Positions 26,199 to 40,118 of a stretch of 64,000 bases of DNA are shown here, one piece after another. The position numbers and the translations under genes were made by a program. Source of the DNA: Felis catus (lineage: Eukaryota); assembly GCF_018350175.1 (NCBI RefSeq), contig NC_058368.1, positions 210,306,001 to 210,370,000 on the forward strand. Direction: 5' to 3'. Each line of letters opens with the position of its first letter. The stretch's first letter is position 1. The notes under the pieces are model-generated. The model worked only from the letters and a program-made list of their open reading frames with translations, did not search any database and was not told the DNA's origin.

Positions 26199-29118
26199 AG
26201 AATCCATTACAATTCCAATTGTTTTCTTCTTACCTGCTTACATGGTTACTCTCTCTCTCTCTCTCCCATGCCTTACCAAAAGTTAAGCACTTTGTACGTA
26301 TCTGTTTCTTCAGAAGGGCTTGTCACACTTTGGAATTCAGCTTACCTGGTTGATTTGGCAACTCAGCTCATTTTTTGAAAATGACTTCAAAAAATATTAC
26401 AACTGTTTTTATTTTTAGAGTAGGAGCCACATTCTCTTGTGGTATATCCTAAACTGAATTCTCCCTGTACATCTCCCTGAAATCTCTAAACATGGAATAA
26501 TGGTTATATTTCAAAGATTTAATTTTTTATTGGTGGTAGAGGATTGTTGACTTTCATCACTCCATCTAGTTCTGATGCTTTCAATTTTTCATTATTAAGA
26601 TGTTGAGTTGCCTCCTAGTTTTTATTATTTTGCATATCTGAATAAAGACACATTTAAATTTACACAATCTGAGCCTGATGAATCACTAGGTTCTAGCTAG
26701 AAATCTTTCATTCAGTTTTGGAACCTTAGGTTTGGACAAAATATTTGTGTTCAGTTGCTACTACAAATCTTTCCTGCCATCTTCCCTTCTTCTCTTTTCC
26801 TTTTCTTTCTCTTTCTTTTTGAAAATATTTAGGATGCTTCAAATTCCAAAATTTTCTTAACCTGTAAATTTTCCACTTAAATTTAGCCTAAAAAACCTAT
26901 CAGCCATAAAGTACTTGGGAAACAGCACCCCAAGTCAGTAACAATAACAAGCTAATTATGAAAGGCATTTGAAAGGGATTGTATGAGATCTTGATACTTG
27001 TTCAAAGACTGACTTGGATTTTAAATGTTTAAGACTTTAGAACTGGTATTTTGAAAGGGAGACTATGTCTGGATTTCAAGTACTAAAATTTGATTGAATG
27101 AATTGGCGTTTTGATTTTGAGTAAAATCTACTTTTGCTGCTGTTGGTGTTCATGCCACCCTGTGACAGCTCTAAATCTCCTGTTCAATTTCTAATCACAT
27201 GGAACTGAATTTTGATTTGCCTCCAAATTTTTGCATATTCTTCACTCATTTTTGTCATTTAGCCTAAACATGTTATTTTAATATTTGAAGAATACTACTA
27301 GAAGGACCACTTTTGTGGGTGGAGGCACATTTCCTCTTTTGTCCTTGGAGTATATTTTTGCACAGCTGTACATGGTTGCAGGTCAGCAGATGATCCATTT
27401 TTATCTACCTCCACTTTGATCATGTTCCTAGGAGAATGGCATTACCTTTCTACGTGACATTGCCATGTCTTATACACCTTCTTGACATGGTTCTGTCCCT
27501 TCACAACAGACAGGTGAAGGGGTGTTTGGGCTACTTTGTAGACCTATGGAGGTAATCCCAATTAGTCAAGAGAGGCAAGGGGAGCAATTTCTTGGAGCAA
27601 AAATCATTTTTTTTGTTTTATAGGAATGAGGGTGGACTCAGGCTGTGGTAACCACAGAGAATGAGAAGCAAAAAGCATTTGGTATCCATATTTTGGTGGG
27701 GGAGGAGACTATATGGTATAAAGCTATGCTTTGAGACTGTTGAAGCAACTGGTTATCTTCTAGAAGCACATGATATAAAGGAGGTGGAGATTAGCAAATA
27801 GCATTTATTGGGGATCTATTCTGGGCCTCGAACTCCTATTTGGTGTTTCACTTTTGTATCTCCTTTGATCTTCATAGCAACCTGCATGAGGTGATTATTT
27901 ATCCTCACTTAATAGCTTAAATTGTATAAAGTTATGCAATTATTAAATTGAGTTGGGATTTGGAACCCAGGTTTATCACAGTACAATAAAACATTTGTAT
28001 TTTAAAATAGCTGTAACTTTAGACACCCAGCACCGCAGCAGAATTTTTCATTTTCTATTTACTGTATGTTTTACCTTCATATTACTACACTGATTTTTAA
28101 CTAATGTTAAAATTACAAAATAATACTTTATTTGAAATTAAAAACACATAACACAAAAGCACAAAGAAGAAAATAGAAATCATGTCTTTATCATTTTAGG
28201 ACAGCCACTGTTAGCATTTTGATGTATATTTGTCCGTGTGTTTCTTATGTGCTCTTCCTCGGACCCCACCCCTGTCCCTTTGCCATCTCTAAAGTGCCCC
28301 TGTGGATCTCACCTTTCTTCCAGATTGGGGAATCTGGTGGCTTCTTTGAATCACAGCCTGTAGTGGAGTGTTGCTGTTCTGTAGTCCTTGACTCATGCAC
28401 AGATCCCTGCTCCCATCAGTACGGACAGGTTTGCAGGATTAGTGATTTATGAAACCCTTGGCTGCTTTTTTCAAAAGGGCAGTAGACAGCGATGAGACTG
28501 GTGGACGCTTTTGAGACTTCCTAGACTATTTAGTACAAACATTTAAGTTGTTGCTATGTTTTCATGTTTAAATAATGCTGCCATGAAAGATAACATCGTA
28601 GATCAATTTTTGTTCACGTTTTGGGTTTTCTTTAGGTTATTTGAAGAGGGATTGCTAGGACAAAGGATATGTACCTTTCTAAAGGTATCTGATACATATC
28701 GCCAAATTGCTGTACTCCTTAGTTATGAGTTTTTTTACTAAACCAAACCTGAGTTGTCTAATCTATATTTTTATTAGATTTTAATTGACAGTTACTTTAT
28801 TAATTGAACATATAGATAACTAGATCAGATGGGGAATAAGGTGTGCCTCTAGCTTTGAACACAAAATTATTGAGCTGAAATAACCAAAACAGGATATAGG
28901 GATTCGTAAAGAACCTTGAAAAGTGCTGTCATTCTAGACTGAAAAAAATAATTCCTCACTTGAATTTACGTACAGGTCAAAGTTATGGACTTTGAAACTA
29001 TTATTTTCTCACCTAAGATTAGGGAACCCCCAAATTTCATCTCCAGTTTAATGGGGCCCTTAGGCCTAACCTTGTGCCATAACAAGACAACAGGAGTTCA
29101 GGTTGAACAGAATGGACG

Positions 29119-29642
29119 GTGTGGTAAACAGAATAATAGACCCTAAAGGATATGTATGCCTTAATCCTTGGAACCAGTAAATATGACTAGATTATCCACA
29201 TTGTCCCAGTGAGATCAGATAAGCCCTTGAAAGCAGAGTTTTCTCCCCCCGAGAGTGGAAGAGAAAGTCCAAGATTCCTGAGAGGATTTGACAAACCATT
29301 GCTGTCTCTGAGGTACACAGGGCCACATGCAAAGACTGAAAGAGGCCTCTGGAGCTAAGGGTAAATGCCAGCTGACGGCCAACAAGGAAATGGCGAGCTC
29401 AGCTCTAAAACTATAACAAACTGAATTATGTCAACAGCCTGGATGAACTTAGAAGTACATTCTTCCCCCAGAGTCTCCAGAGAGGAACACAGACCTGCTG
29501 ACACCTTGCTTTTGATCTTGAGAATTCAGTTGAGCCAACTTGTGCCTGGACATCTGACCCACAGAAACTATGATATAAGGGTGTTGTTTTAAGCCTCTGA
29601 GTTTATAGGAATTGTTTATAGCAGGAATAGGAGACTAATACA
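29119..29642 (+). mobile_element. MLT1-like solo LTR (MaLR)
   Basis: tgtggtaaacagaataat...aagcctctgagttt..aattgtt.atagcagg.aatagg.gactaataca termini. Confidence 0.75.
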
Positions 29643-29867
29643 CTGAGAATGGAAGAGATCGAACCAAACCATTTCTTTATTACTAGAATAAGGGATCCAT
29701 AGTTCTCTTTATTCATCTATAAGATTTTTAAAGTGCAATCGAATCAGACTGAAAAATTGACAGCTACTGTAAAAAAATATTAGTAGCTTGTGGTAAGTTT
29801 ATAACTGATTTTGTTGTTTGCCTATGCCAACAATCTTATAATTCATTTTTGTCTTAGTGTTTTCTTT

Positions 29868-30079
29868 AAAAAAATTTTTTTAATGTCTATTTATTTTTGA
29901 GAGAGAGAGTACAAGCAGGAGAGGGGCAGAGAGAGGGAGGGAGACACAGAATCCGAAGCAGGCTCCAGGCTCGGAGCTGTCAGCACAGAGCCCCAGGCGG
30001 ACCTCGAACCCACAAACTGTGAGATCATGACCTGAGCTGAAGTTGGTCGCTTAACCGACTGAGCCCCCCCTGGCGCCCC
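29868..30079 (-). mobile_element. CAN-SINE
   Basis: Antisense copy; TSD tgtctta(a)gtgtttt. Confidence 0.9.
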
Positions 30080-31018
30080 AATGTCTTAAGTGTTTTTCAT
30101 GCATATTATAATAAATGTAAAATGTGTGAATTGAGTTTTTCCATTAATGTTATGGTAATTTTCAAATGTTACTAGATAATCTTAATATCATTTCTTATAC
30201 TTCAATAATCTATCGTTTGCTTCTGCCATACTTTAGCATTTCCTTGGTAATCTCTGATATTCAGTCTTTTTTCTATGACTACCATATTCCTTGGACTGGA
30301 CAATTTCAGGAAAGTAAATATCTCAGTCAAACCATAAAGGGATTTTCAGATAGTAACTATGTTACATTTAAATTCACATTGAGTTATGTTTGTTTAAAAG
30401 CTGGATCTTGAAGATGGTAATGGCTTTCATCAGCACATTCTGCATGGAGTTATCCATTTAATCTATTCTTGAATTACAAATAAGATTTGACCTACTCCTA
30501 TTGTGATGGTATAAGTTTTTCTCATAGAAAATGAAATTTGAAATTTTGAGTAGTAGTTAGTAGTGGCAGAGACGTAGTAAGTCTTTGAGTTGTGATAAGT
30601 ATTTGTAAAATCGGTTTTGAAGAACATAACAAGAGTTTTATGTTGCCTTTATAGTCAGCATTAATAAAAATTATGTATATACTGAAATGTAATGTTTTTA
30701 TTCACTTATTCATTCATTCAACAAATACTCTTTGAATATCTACTGTATGCTGAATACTATATTAGAGACATGGGATATAGTACTGAATAGTCAAGTCTCT
30801 GCTGTCATAAAGTCTGGGAGGTGGGGATGGAGGAAAAGGGCTACAGGGAGAAAATAAATATAAATATACATTATATCAGGTGGATAAGTGCTTTGAAGAA
30901 AGATATTGCAGGATATGGTGATAGAGTGATGAAAGAGGGTCAATTTGAGATATTTAAAAAATATGAAAATACTGGTTGAAATACACAAAGGAATGTTTAG
31001 TTGAAATACACAAAGGAA

Positions 31019-31174
31019 GGGTCAGAGAGAGAGAGAGAGAGACACAGAATCTGAAGCAGGCTCTAGGCTCCAAGCTGTCAGCACAGAGTCAGATGCGGAG
31101 CTCCAACTCATGGACCCTGAGATCATGACCTGAGCCGAAGTCAGACACCCAACTGATGTAGCCACAGACGCCCC
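31019..31174 (-). mobile_element. CAN-SINE lacking its 3' tail
   Basis: Head and body present; poly(A) absent. Confidence 0.85.
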
Positions 31175-31402
31175 TTTGTATCACAATCTTGATTCACTAT
31201 TAAGATATTTATTACTTGGAATAGTGTAGTTAGTCCATGGACCCAACAAAAATGCCTAAAATTGATTTTACAAAGGTGAACCGAACATGCTGCATTCAGC
31301 TAGTAAAGGTAAATTATTTTAAAAGCATAGAGAGAGAAAAAAATAAACCATTTGCTGATGTCTGTATTATCAGCATTTATAATTAAGAATATTTTCAAGT
31401 GT

Positions 31403-33300
31403 TGATGATTACAGGTTTGTAATATAACTTGAAGTCTGGAATTGTCATGTCTCCAACTTTGGTTTTCTTTTTTAACATTATTTTGGCTATTTGGGGTCTT
31501 TTCTGGTTCCATACAAATTTCAGAATTGTTTGTTCTAGCTCTGTGAAGAATGCTGGTGTTATTTTGATAGTGATTGCATTGAATGTGTAGATTGCTTCAG
31601 GTAGTATCAGCATTTTAACAATATTTGTTCTTCCAATCCATGAGCATGGAATGCTTTTCCATGAGCATGGAATGTTTTTTATTTCTTTGTGTCTTCTTCA
31701 GTTTCTTTCATAAGCTTTCTATTTTCTTATTATTTTTTTTAACGTTTATTTATTTTTGAGACAGAGAGACAGAGCATGAACAGGTGAGGGTCAGAGAGAG
31801 AGAGGGAGACACAGAATCTGAAACAGGCTCCAGGCTCTGAGCCGTCAGCACAGAGCCCGACGCAGGGCTTGAACTCACGAGCCACGAGATCATGACCTGA
31901 GCCGAAGTCGGACGCTTAACTGACTGAGCCACCCAGGCGCCCCAACTTTCTATAGATTTTTTAACCTCTTTGGTTAAGTTTGTTCCTGGGTACTTTATGG
32001 TTTTCGGTGCAATTATAAATGGGACCGAGTCCTTGATTTCTATTTCTGCTGCTTCTTTATTGGTATATAGAAATGCCACAGATTTCTGTATGTTGATTTT
32101 CATATCCTGTGACTTTGCTGAATTCACATATCCGTTCTAGCAGTTTTTTGGTGGACTCTTGGGTTTTCCACATAGAGTGTCATGTCATCTGGGAAGATTA
32201 AAAGTTTGACTTCTTCCTTGCCGATCTGAGTGCATTTTATTTCTTTTAGTTGTCTGATTGCTGAGGCTAGAACTTCCAACATCTGTTGAACAATGGGTGA
32301 GAGTGGACATCCCTGTTGTGTTCTTGACCGTAGGCAGAAAGCTCTGTTTTTCCCCATTGAGGATGATATTAGCTGTGGGTCTTTCATAGGTGGCCTTTAT
32401 GATCTTAAGGTATGATCCTTCTATCCCTACTTTCTTGAGAGTTTTTATCAAGAAAGGATGTTGTATTTTGTCAAATGCTTTTTCTGCATCTACTGAGAGG
32501 ATCATGTGGTTCTTATCCTTTCTTTTATTAACGTGATGTATCATGTTGATTGATTTGCCGGTATTGAACCAGCCCTACATCCAGGAATAAATCGCACTTA
32601 ATCATGGTGAATAATTCTTTTAACGTATTGTTGGATTCAGTTTGCTAGTACCTTATTGATAATTTTTGCATCCATGTTCCATCAGGGAATTTGGTCTGTA
32701 TTCTCCTTTTTAGTGGGGTCTTTGTCTGGTTTTGGAATCAGGGTGATGCTGGCCTCATAGAATGAGTTTGGAAGTTTTCTTCCCATTTCTATTTTTTTTG
32801 GAACAGCTTCAAAAGAATAGGTGTTAACTTTTCTTTAAATGTTTGGTAGAATTCCCCTGGAAAGCCATTTGGCCCTGGACTCTTGAGATTTTTGATTACT
32901 GATTCAATTTCTTTACTGGTTATGGGTCTATTCAAATTTCCTATTTCTTCCTGTTTCAGTTTTGGTAGTTTATGTATTTCTGGGAATTTCTTCCAGATTG
33001 ACCAATATGTTGGCATATAATTGTTCATAATATTCTCATATTGTTGTTTGTATTTCTATGGTGTTGGTTGTGATCTCTCCTCTTTCATTTGTGATTTTAT
33101 CTGGATCCTATCCTTTTTGATCAAACTGGCTAGGGGGTGTATCAATTTTGTTAATTCTTTCAAAGAACCAGCTCGCGGTTTCGTTGGTCTGTTCTGCTGT
33201 GTTTTTTTTCTTTCTTTTTTTTAAATTTTGATATCCTTGGTTTCTGCTCTAATCTTTATTATGTCCCTTCTTCTGCTGGTTTTGGGATAAAGAAGATGTG

Positions 33301-33336
<36 letters not shown>

Positions 33337-33750
33337 GAATATTACTTAGCAATCAGAAAGAATGAAATCTTGCCATTTGCAACAATGTGGATAGAACTAA
33401 AGTGTATTATGCTAAGTGAAATAAGTGAGTCAGAGAAAGATAAATATCATACGATTTTTCTCTCATATGTGGAATTTAAGAAACAAAACAGATGAACATA
33501 GGGGAAGGGAAGGAAAAAATAAGAGAGGTAAACCATAAGACACTTTTAAATACAGAGAACAAACTGAGGGTTGCTGGAGGGTTTTTGGGTGGGGGGATGG
33601 GCTAAATGGGTGATAGGCTTTAAAGAGGACACTTGCTGGGATGAACACTGGGTGTTTTGTATAAGCGATGAATCATTAAATTCTACTCCTGAAATCATTA
33701 TTACACTATATGTTAACTACCTTGGATTTAAATAAAATTTAAAAATTAAA
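31403..33750. mobile_element. L1 with 5' inversion: ORF2 middle on the minus strand (31403-33286), ORF2 end and 3'UTR on the plus strand (33285-33750)
   Basis: Minus-strand ORF2/RT fragments ([36 protein letters not shown]) abut a plus-strand fragment (NEILPFATMWIEL...) with 3'UTR and A-rich end. Frameshifted. Confidence 0.88.
31722..31943 (-). mobile_element. CAN-SINE nested in L1
   Basis: Interrupts the L1 ORF2 sequence; TSD ctttctata. Confidence 0.92.
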
Positions 33751-33879
33751 AACCAATTCTCAAGTGTATGATTTTATTCAATAATCATTGGTAAATTTTT
33801 CTACATATAAAAAGTAACTTTCTTTAAAGAAAATAAGATTTATATAGGTAAATGGAAAAGTGGCAAGTATACATTTGCA

Positions 33880-34312
33880 AGGGTCAGGGGTGCCAAACCC
33901 TGTACGGTCAAAAATCTGTGTATAAGTTTTGACTCCCTGGAAACGTAACTGTTTATAGCCTACTGTTGATTAGAAGCCTTACCTGTAATGTAAACAGCCG
34001 ATTAATAGATATTTTGTGTGTATGTCTGTGTGTGTGTTTTACTGGATGAACTTGATGTTTATTTTATAGTGTATTTTTTATTGAAGATAATTAGCATACA
34101 GCATTATATTAGTTTCAGGTGTATGACATAATGATTCAACATATATTGTATGCATATTATATACTCATAATAAACTAAGCTACAGAAAAGAAAATGTTAT
34201 TCAGAAAGTCATAGAGGACATATATTTAAAGTACTGTATTTATCAAAAAAAAAAAAATCCATGTGTAAGTGGACCCACACTGCTCAAACCTAAGTTGTTT
34301 AAGTATCAAGTA
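33880..34312. mobile_element. Second Tigger2-like fragment, opposite orientation to the 7.6-8.2 kb copy
   Basis: ttttgactccc, agaagccttac and atgtgtaagtggacccacac..aaacc..gttgtt motifs are reverse complements of the 7.6-8.2 kb element. Confidence 0.6.
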
Positions 34313-34767
34313 CTGTGTTTTGTGAAGCAGTAAATAAGTAAGAATTGCAAGTCATTAAAGTTGTTAAGACAAGATTAGCACACACAAAAAAATAACAAAC
34401 TATTTCAAACAAAGGAAATGTTTTCAAATGGTCTTTTTCTTGCTGTTTTTCCCTCTTTTGGAACATTTTAAGTAATGGACTGTGGAAAACTTTATTTTAC
34501 GAAACGTCTGATTACTTAGGATCTAGTCAATTGTGTATTTGTATAAAACTTCTTTTGGGGCTTATAACTGTAAGGAACAAACTCCAAATGATACTTTTGA
34601 AACAGTTCACGTTCAGTATTCTTATTTTGCAATATTTTTAGAAGTAGTATAATTTTCATTAAGATAACTTTTTTCCTGAAGATACAATTTATGTCAAGAT
34701 TTTAAGATCTGTTTTCAAAAATTAGATATGTATTTGAGAGTAGGAATTATTCTTTTCCTTCTATTTC

Positions 34768-34983
34768 TTTTTTTTTTTTTTTGATGTTTTATTTATTTTT
34801 GAGAGAGAGAGAGACTGCAAGTGGGGGTGGAGTAGGGGAGGAAAGGCGGTGGTGGGACAGGATCCAAAGCAGGCTCTGTGCTGACAGCAGTGAACCTGAT
34901 TCCAGGCTTGACCTCACGAACTGTGAGATCATGACCTGAGCCGAAGTGGGACACTCAACCGACTGACACACCCAGGCATACCC
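34768..34983 (-). mobile_element. CAN-SINE
   Basis: Antisense copy; TSD ttttccttctattt. Confidence 0.9.
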
Positions 34984-35181
34984 TTTTTCCTTCTATTTGT
35001 AGTTCAATGTAAAGCCTGACAATTTTCCAAAGAATTTATTAACACGTCAATAAACAAATATTTAGGAAATTTCCAAGTGGTTGTTTATGTTAATGCTACT
35101 TTTTTTTTCTTTTCCACTTTACAGATATGATCCAGACCTGCTCATGAATGACTTTTGGTTAGTCAGAGTGAACATTCAATA

Positions 35182-35355
35182 ATGAGTGGTGCAGCTTTGG
35201 GACTCGAGATTGTTTTTGTCTTTTTTCTGGCATTATTCCTACTTCATCGATATGGAGACTTTAAGAAACAGCATAGACTTGTAATTATTGGAACACTGCT
35301 AGCTTGGTATCTCTGCTTTCTTATCGTCTTCATACTGCCTCTGGATGTTAGTACG
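35182..35355 (+). CDS. LMBRD2: LMBRD2 exon 2 coding part (exon starts at 35125)
   Basis: Acceptor tttacag| at 35124, ATG at 35182, donor ACG|gtaaga; [10 protein letters not shown]...LPLDVST. Confidence 0.96.
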
Positions 35356-35607
35356 GTAAGAGGTGAAACTGAGTTTTGCAATTTGAAAGGCAATTGTAAT
35401 CATACAGCTTGTTTGAGATATGTTAGTTCTTAAAACAGCTAAATTATATAAGGTCATGCTTAACTTTTTGTATTTAAATCTTTGTGAATTTGATCATTAA
35501 AAAACATAACCAGGAAGGTCACCGGTGGATAGGTTGATACCCCCCAGTATCCCGTAACTCTGTAACCTTCTGATTTTCATTGTTAAACCATGTGTTCATT
35601 GATTTAG

Positions 35608-35705
35608 ACAATATACAACCGGTGTAAGCATGCAGCCGCAAACTCAAGCCCTACCGAGAACAGCAACATTACAGGATTCCACGCAACTGCTACCCCAGTT
35701 CCAAG
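35608..35705 (+). CDS. LMBRD2: LMBRD2 exon 3
   Basis: tttag|ACAATATAC...CCAAG|gtattt; 98 nt; [32 protein letters not shown]. Confidence 0.93.
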
Positions 35706-36941
35706 GTATTTTCTTCCTTTTGTTTTTTTTTTCTTTTTTTAAATAGTGTAGAGGAAAAATTACTTTAAAATTGTCTGTTCTTACCATTCGGGATTTAAAT
35801 TTATAAAGTTGATCTTCTTTTTCTACTCATCCCCCACGCCTCTCCCATCCTTTGCTAGTAGACTTTTAATTACATTGTATTCTATTTAAACGTAAAGCTT
35901 AAATAAATTTTACATATTTATTGGTGCACGAGGCCTTTCAGTAGATGCTAAGCAGAAACTTGGAGAAGACCTGATTTTTTTAGCCCTGGTTCTACCTCTT
36001 ACTAAGAATGTGACTTCCAATGGCTTTTTTTTTCTTCTCAGCCTCTCTCTAATCTAAAAAAAAACCTTCATTTTCTCTTTTGCCTGATTTACAAGGTTGT
36101 ATGAGGGGATTATTCTGTATGTAGGATGTTCTTTTCATATTGTGCATCCTTTGAAACCATTATAGTTTTAGACCGAGAATGAATAAAGTTCAAATTATCG
36201 AAAGGTTACGTTAAATCCATATCAAACTTCCAAGTAAATAGGTTTAATAAATGTTGAGTGTAGCTTCTACCAATGCTCTAAGTAGTGTTTGCATGCTTCT
36301 TTATGCAGCTTTTATTATTCTTTTAATCTAACCTGAATAAGGGTAAATTTAAAATGTAACTGTTACTCCCTTTAAAGCACATTAAAAATTGAATATGGAT
36401 CAGCAGCAGTTGTGAATCGTTGGAAGCTCCTAGACTAAACAGTATCCTTATAGTCAGGGAAGACTATTAATGGAAGATACACATATGTTCAGAAAATTCA
36501 AACAGAATTATATACAGATACTGGCATCTCTGTCCATGGGATCTGTACCACAGTGACTAATCAGTTAGGGCTCCAGTTACCAGGAGTTAATCACCTAATT
36601 TCTTTCACCTCCCTGTTCCCTCTCCCCAGAAAATAACCAATCCCACAAAATGGAGTGTGTATTTTAAAGACAGTTACCAGTTTTAAAGGCAGTCAAATCA
36701 GAGATTTAGTTTCATGACATATTCATTCACTTTTAAAGACTCACATTATCAGTCTATTAAGTGAACATTATGCCCTTTTACTCAAGGACTGAAAATACAC
36801 TGAAAGTTGAAAATTTAAGTGGCATTCCTCTCTAGAACAAACTGTTTTGTTCCCTTTGTTTCTTTTTTTTTTTTAGTTTGACGGTCTGCTTTGAATTTTA
36901 AGTTTTCTGTGAAGTTTTGGAAGCTAGAGTCAGTAATTTAA

Positions 36942-37136
<195 letters not shown>

Positions 37137-38362
37137 TAAGTGATAGTGAAGGATAAAAAGTTTTTAAATTTTGGCTGAAGTAAAAAGAAAAAGATTATAC
37201 TTTCTCTGTGAACCTTCATTTTTAGGGTTTATTCAAGTGTTAATTTTTTTTTTTCTTAAATCTGTATATTCTCCTTTCCTGCTCATTCACTTCTCTCCCA
37301 TCTTAGAAGAAATGAAACGAAAAACCCCCAACAAACAAGAAATAGAATACAGAAACCAAAAATTTTCCTTGTCACCATTCCCTTCTAGTTACTGCCTTCT
37401 CTCTTGACCTTCTTCCATTTAGTCTTCCTCCAGTCCCAGTTTTAAATGAAACTGCTCTTGCTAAGGTCATCATTGTCTCCTGGTTTTCTTTCTATCTGCT
37501 TAGCCCAACCTGCTGAATTTCCTTCATGGGTTCTATTTCTGTGGCCCATTTCCTGAATGTTGGCATTCCCTAGGGTCCCATCTTTGGTCATCTTGTTACT
37601 TGAGCCTCTCCGTATAGCTTTAATTGTAACCATAATCGGATGCATTCCAAATGTTTCTTTCTACCCACGGTAGCTTTGTCTTTCTGCTGGGTTCCAAATT
37701 CACATTATTCACTGCCTACTGAGCATTTTAGATATTCTGCAGGCAACTAAGCTCTAAAACTGAAGCTAGTGAATATTGCAAGAGAGAAATCACACGGCAC
37801 AGTCAGGTAGTGCACCTGTAAATTCGTGTTCATCCGACTCATCCAGGCTCCCAGCATTGACAGACTTCTATGTGTCTCTAGTCTGCTCGCTCTTTGTTCT
37901 CCACAGTGAATCCTTCTAATCACTACAGACCTCAAACCTCTACTATTCCCTTTGTGGCTCTTTCTCTCTCTTTTACATCCTAGAATCAGTCACCTTTTCT
38001 CCTTTCAGAGTACTTTACTTTCTACTTCACAGTGAAAATAGAAGTCCTCACATGGTACTCTTTCAGCTTCCCACCAGCACACCTCCCTACCCGTCCTTTT
38101 CCCTTCCACTCAAAGAATGGAAGAGTCACTCTCAAAGTGATTACAAAGTGAAATCCCTCTTCCTGAAGTATGGACCCATCTCCTTCAGCTCTTGCTACCT
38201 ATACTTTCAGCTTCCGGTTTCAACAAAGCATATACAATTCTCTCATCCTTTTAAAAAAAAGAAAAGAAAAAAAAGCCAGATCTCTCAAATGCAATCCTTT
38301 CCAACTTCCTAGCTTCTAACCTCATTGATCTATTCATCACGGCTTAATTTTGAGAGGGAGAC

Positions 38363-38553
38363 TTTTTTTTTTTTGAGAGAGAGAGAGAGAGAGAGAGAGC
38401 AAGTGGGGGAGGGACCGAGAGAGAGACAGAGGATCCAAAGCAGTCTATGCCTTGACAGCAGAAAGCCTGACTTGAGGCTTGAACTCACGAACTGAGACAT
38501 CATGACCTGAGCTGAAGTGGGATGCTTAACTGACTGAGCCACCCAGGTGCCCC
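38363..38553 (-). mobile_element. CAN-SINE
   Basis: Antisense copy; TSD-like gggagactttttt. Confidence 0.9.
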
Positions 38554-39902
38554 TCGGGGTGGGGGAGACTTTTTTATTGAAGTATAAATTAGTACAGAAA
38601 AGTGCACAAATTGTGTTCAGTTTGACTTTTTTCAAAGTGAGTACACCCATATAACCAGCACTCAGATGATATTATAGAATATTAACAATGTTCATGCTAA
38701 GTCTAGAAGCTTCCCTCATGTCCCTCTCCCAGTCCTACCCTCCCCAAAGGTAGCCATGATTCTGACTTCCATCACTATAGATTAATTTTACCTGTTTTTG
38801 AACTTTATAAACATGGAATTAATATGGTATGTATTTTTCTGCACCTCTTTTTTTGCTCACATATTTGGAAAATTCATCTGCGTCTTATTGTACGTGTCAG
38901 TATTCTCTGCTTTGTCATTTATGTAAAATCTTCCATTATATGAATATACTGCAATTTATCCTACCCAGCCAAATTTCTTAAATGAATTGTCTACATTTAC
39001 TTTTACTGTCTTCATTTCCTCATTGCTTACTCTTTCCTCACCCCATTGAACTCTATTTTCTAGCTCCACTTCTCCACTCACACAGACAGGTTCCTAATTT
39101 ACTAGACTTCTTGGCAGCATTTGATTATTGTTTTCTCTCTCCACTTTGAAACGCTTTCTTCTGTTTTTTCCTCCGCGTGCTCCTTGGTTTTCTTCCATAT
39201 CTACTGATCTGTCTCAGTCTCCTTCACTGGCTCCTCCTGTTAGTTCTCTACCTCTCCTTTAAAAGATGATCTTTCCCAGGGTCAGCCTTAGTTCTTTCCT
39301 TCTCATTCTACATATTCACCCTTCCAAATCTCATCTACTGGTGTTATTTCAGAACCACTGATATGGTGATGACTCCTGGATCTGTATTTCTAATCCTCTC
39401 TCCCGAATTCTGAAGCTGGATAGCCAACTACTTCCAGTGCAGCTTCTTTGGGATGTGTCCTAAGTACCTCCGATCAGTGTATTCACAACCAGACTTCTCC
39501 CTTCCTGCTTCTTACCATATCACCACCCCTTACCCTCTCCCACATAGTCCCAGTTTTGTTTCCTTTCAGTCCATTCTTCCTGCTGAAGACTTACCAGTCT
39601 TTAGAAAACTTAAATTTGATCACATCTCCTTTCTGTTAAAGAAAAAGATTCCTCGTTGTCTGAATGCAGTCCAAAGTCTTCATAAAGGCGTTAAAGTCAC
39701 TCGTGACACCGTTGTACTCGCTGTTGGTCATTGTGGCTTCTTTTGCTCCCAGAAATGTGCTTTGGTCTCCCCAAAATCTGATATTACAAAAATATTCAGT
39801 TATCTGTTATAGTTTGTTCAGTATTAATACTCAAAATCATATTTATGAAAAGAACTACACATTAAAATTGAGATTCACATCATTCTGGTATTTCGAGAAT
39901 AA

Positions 39903-40118
<216 letters not shown>

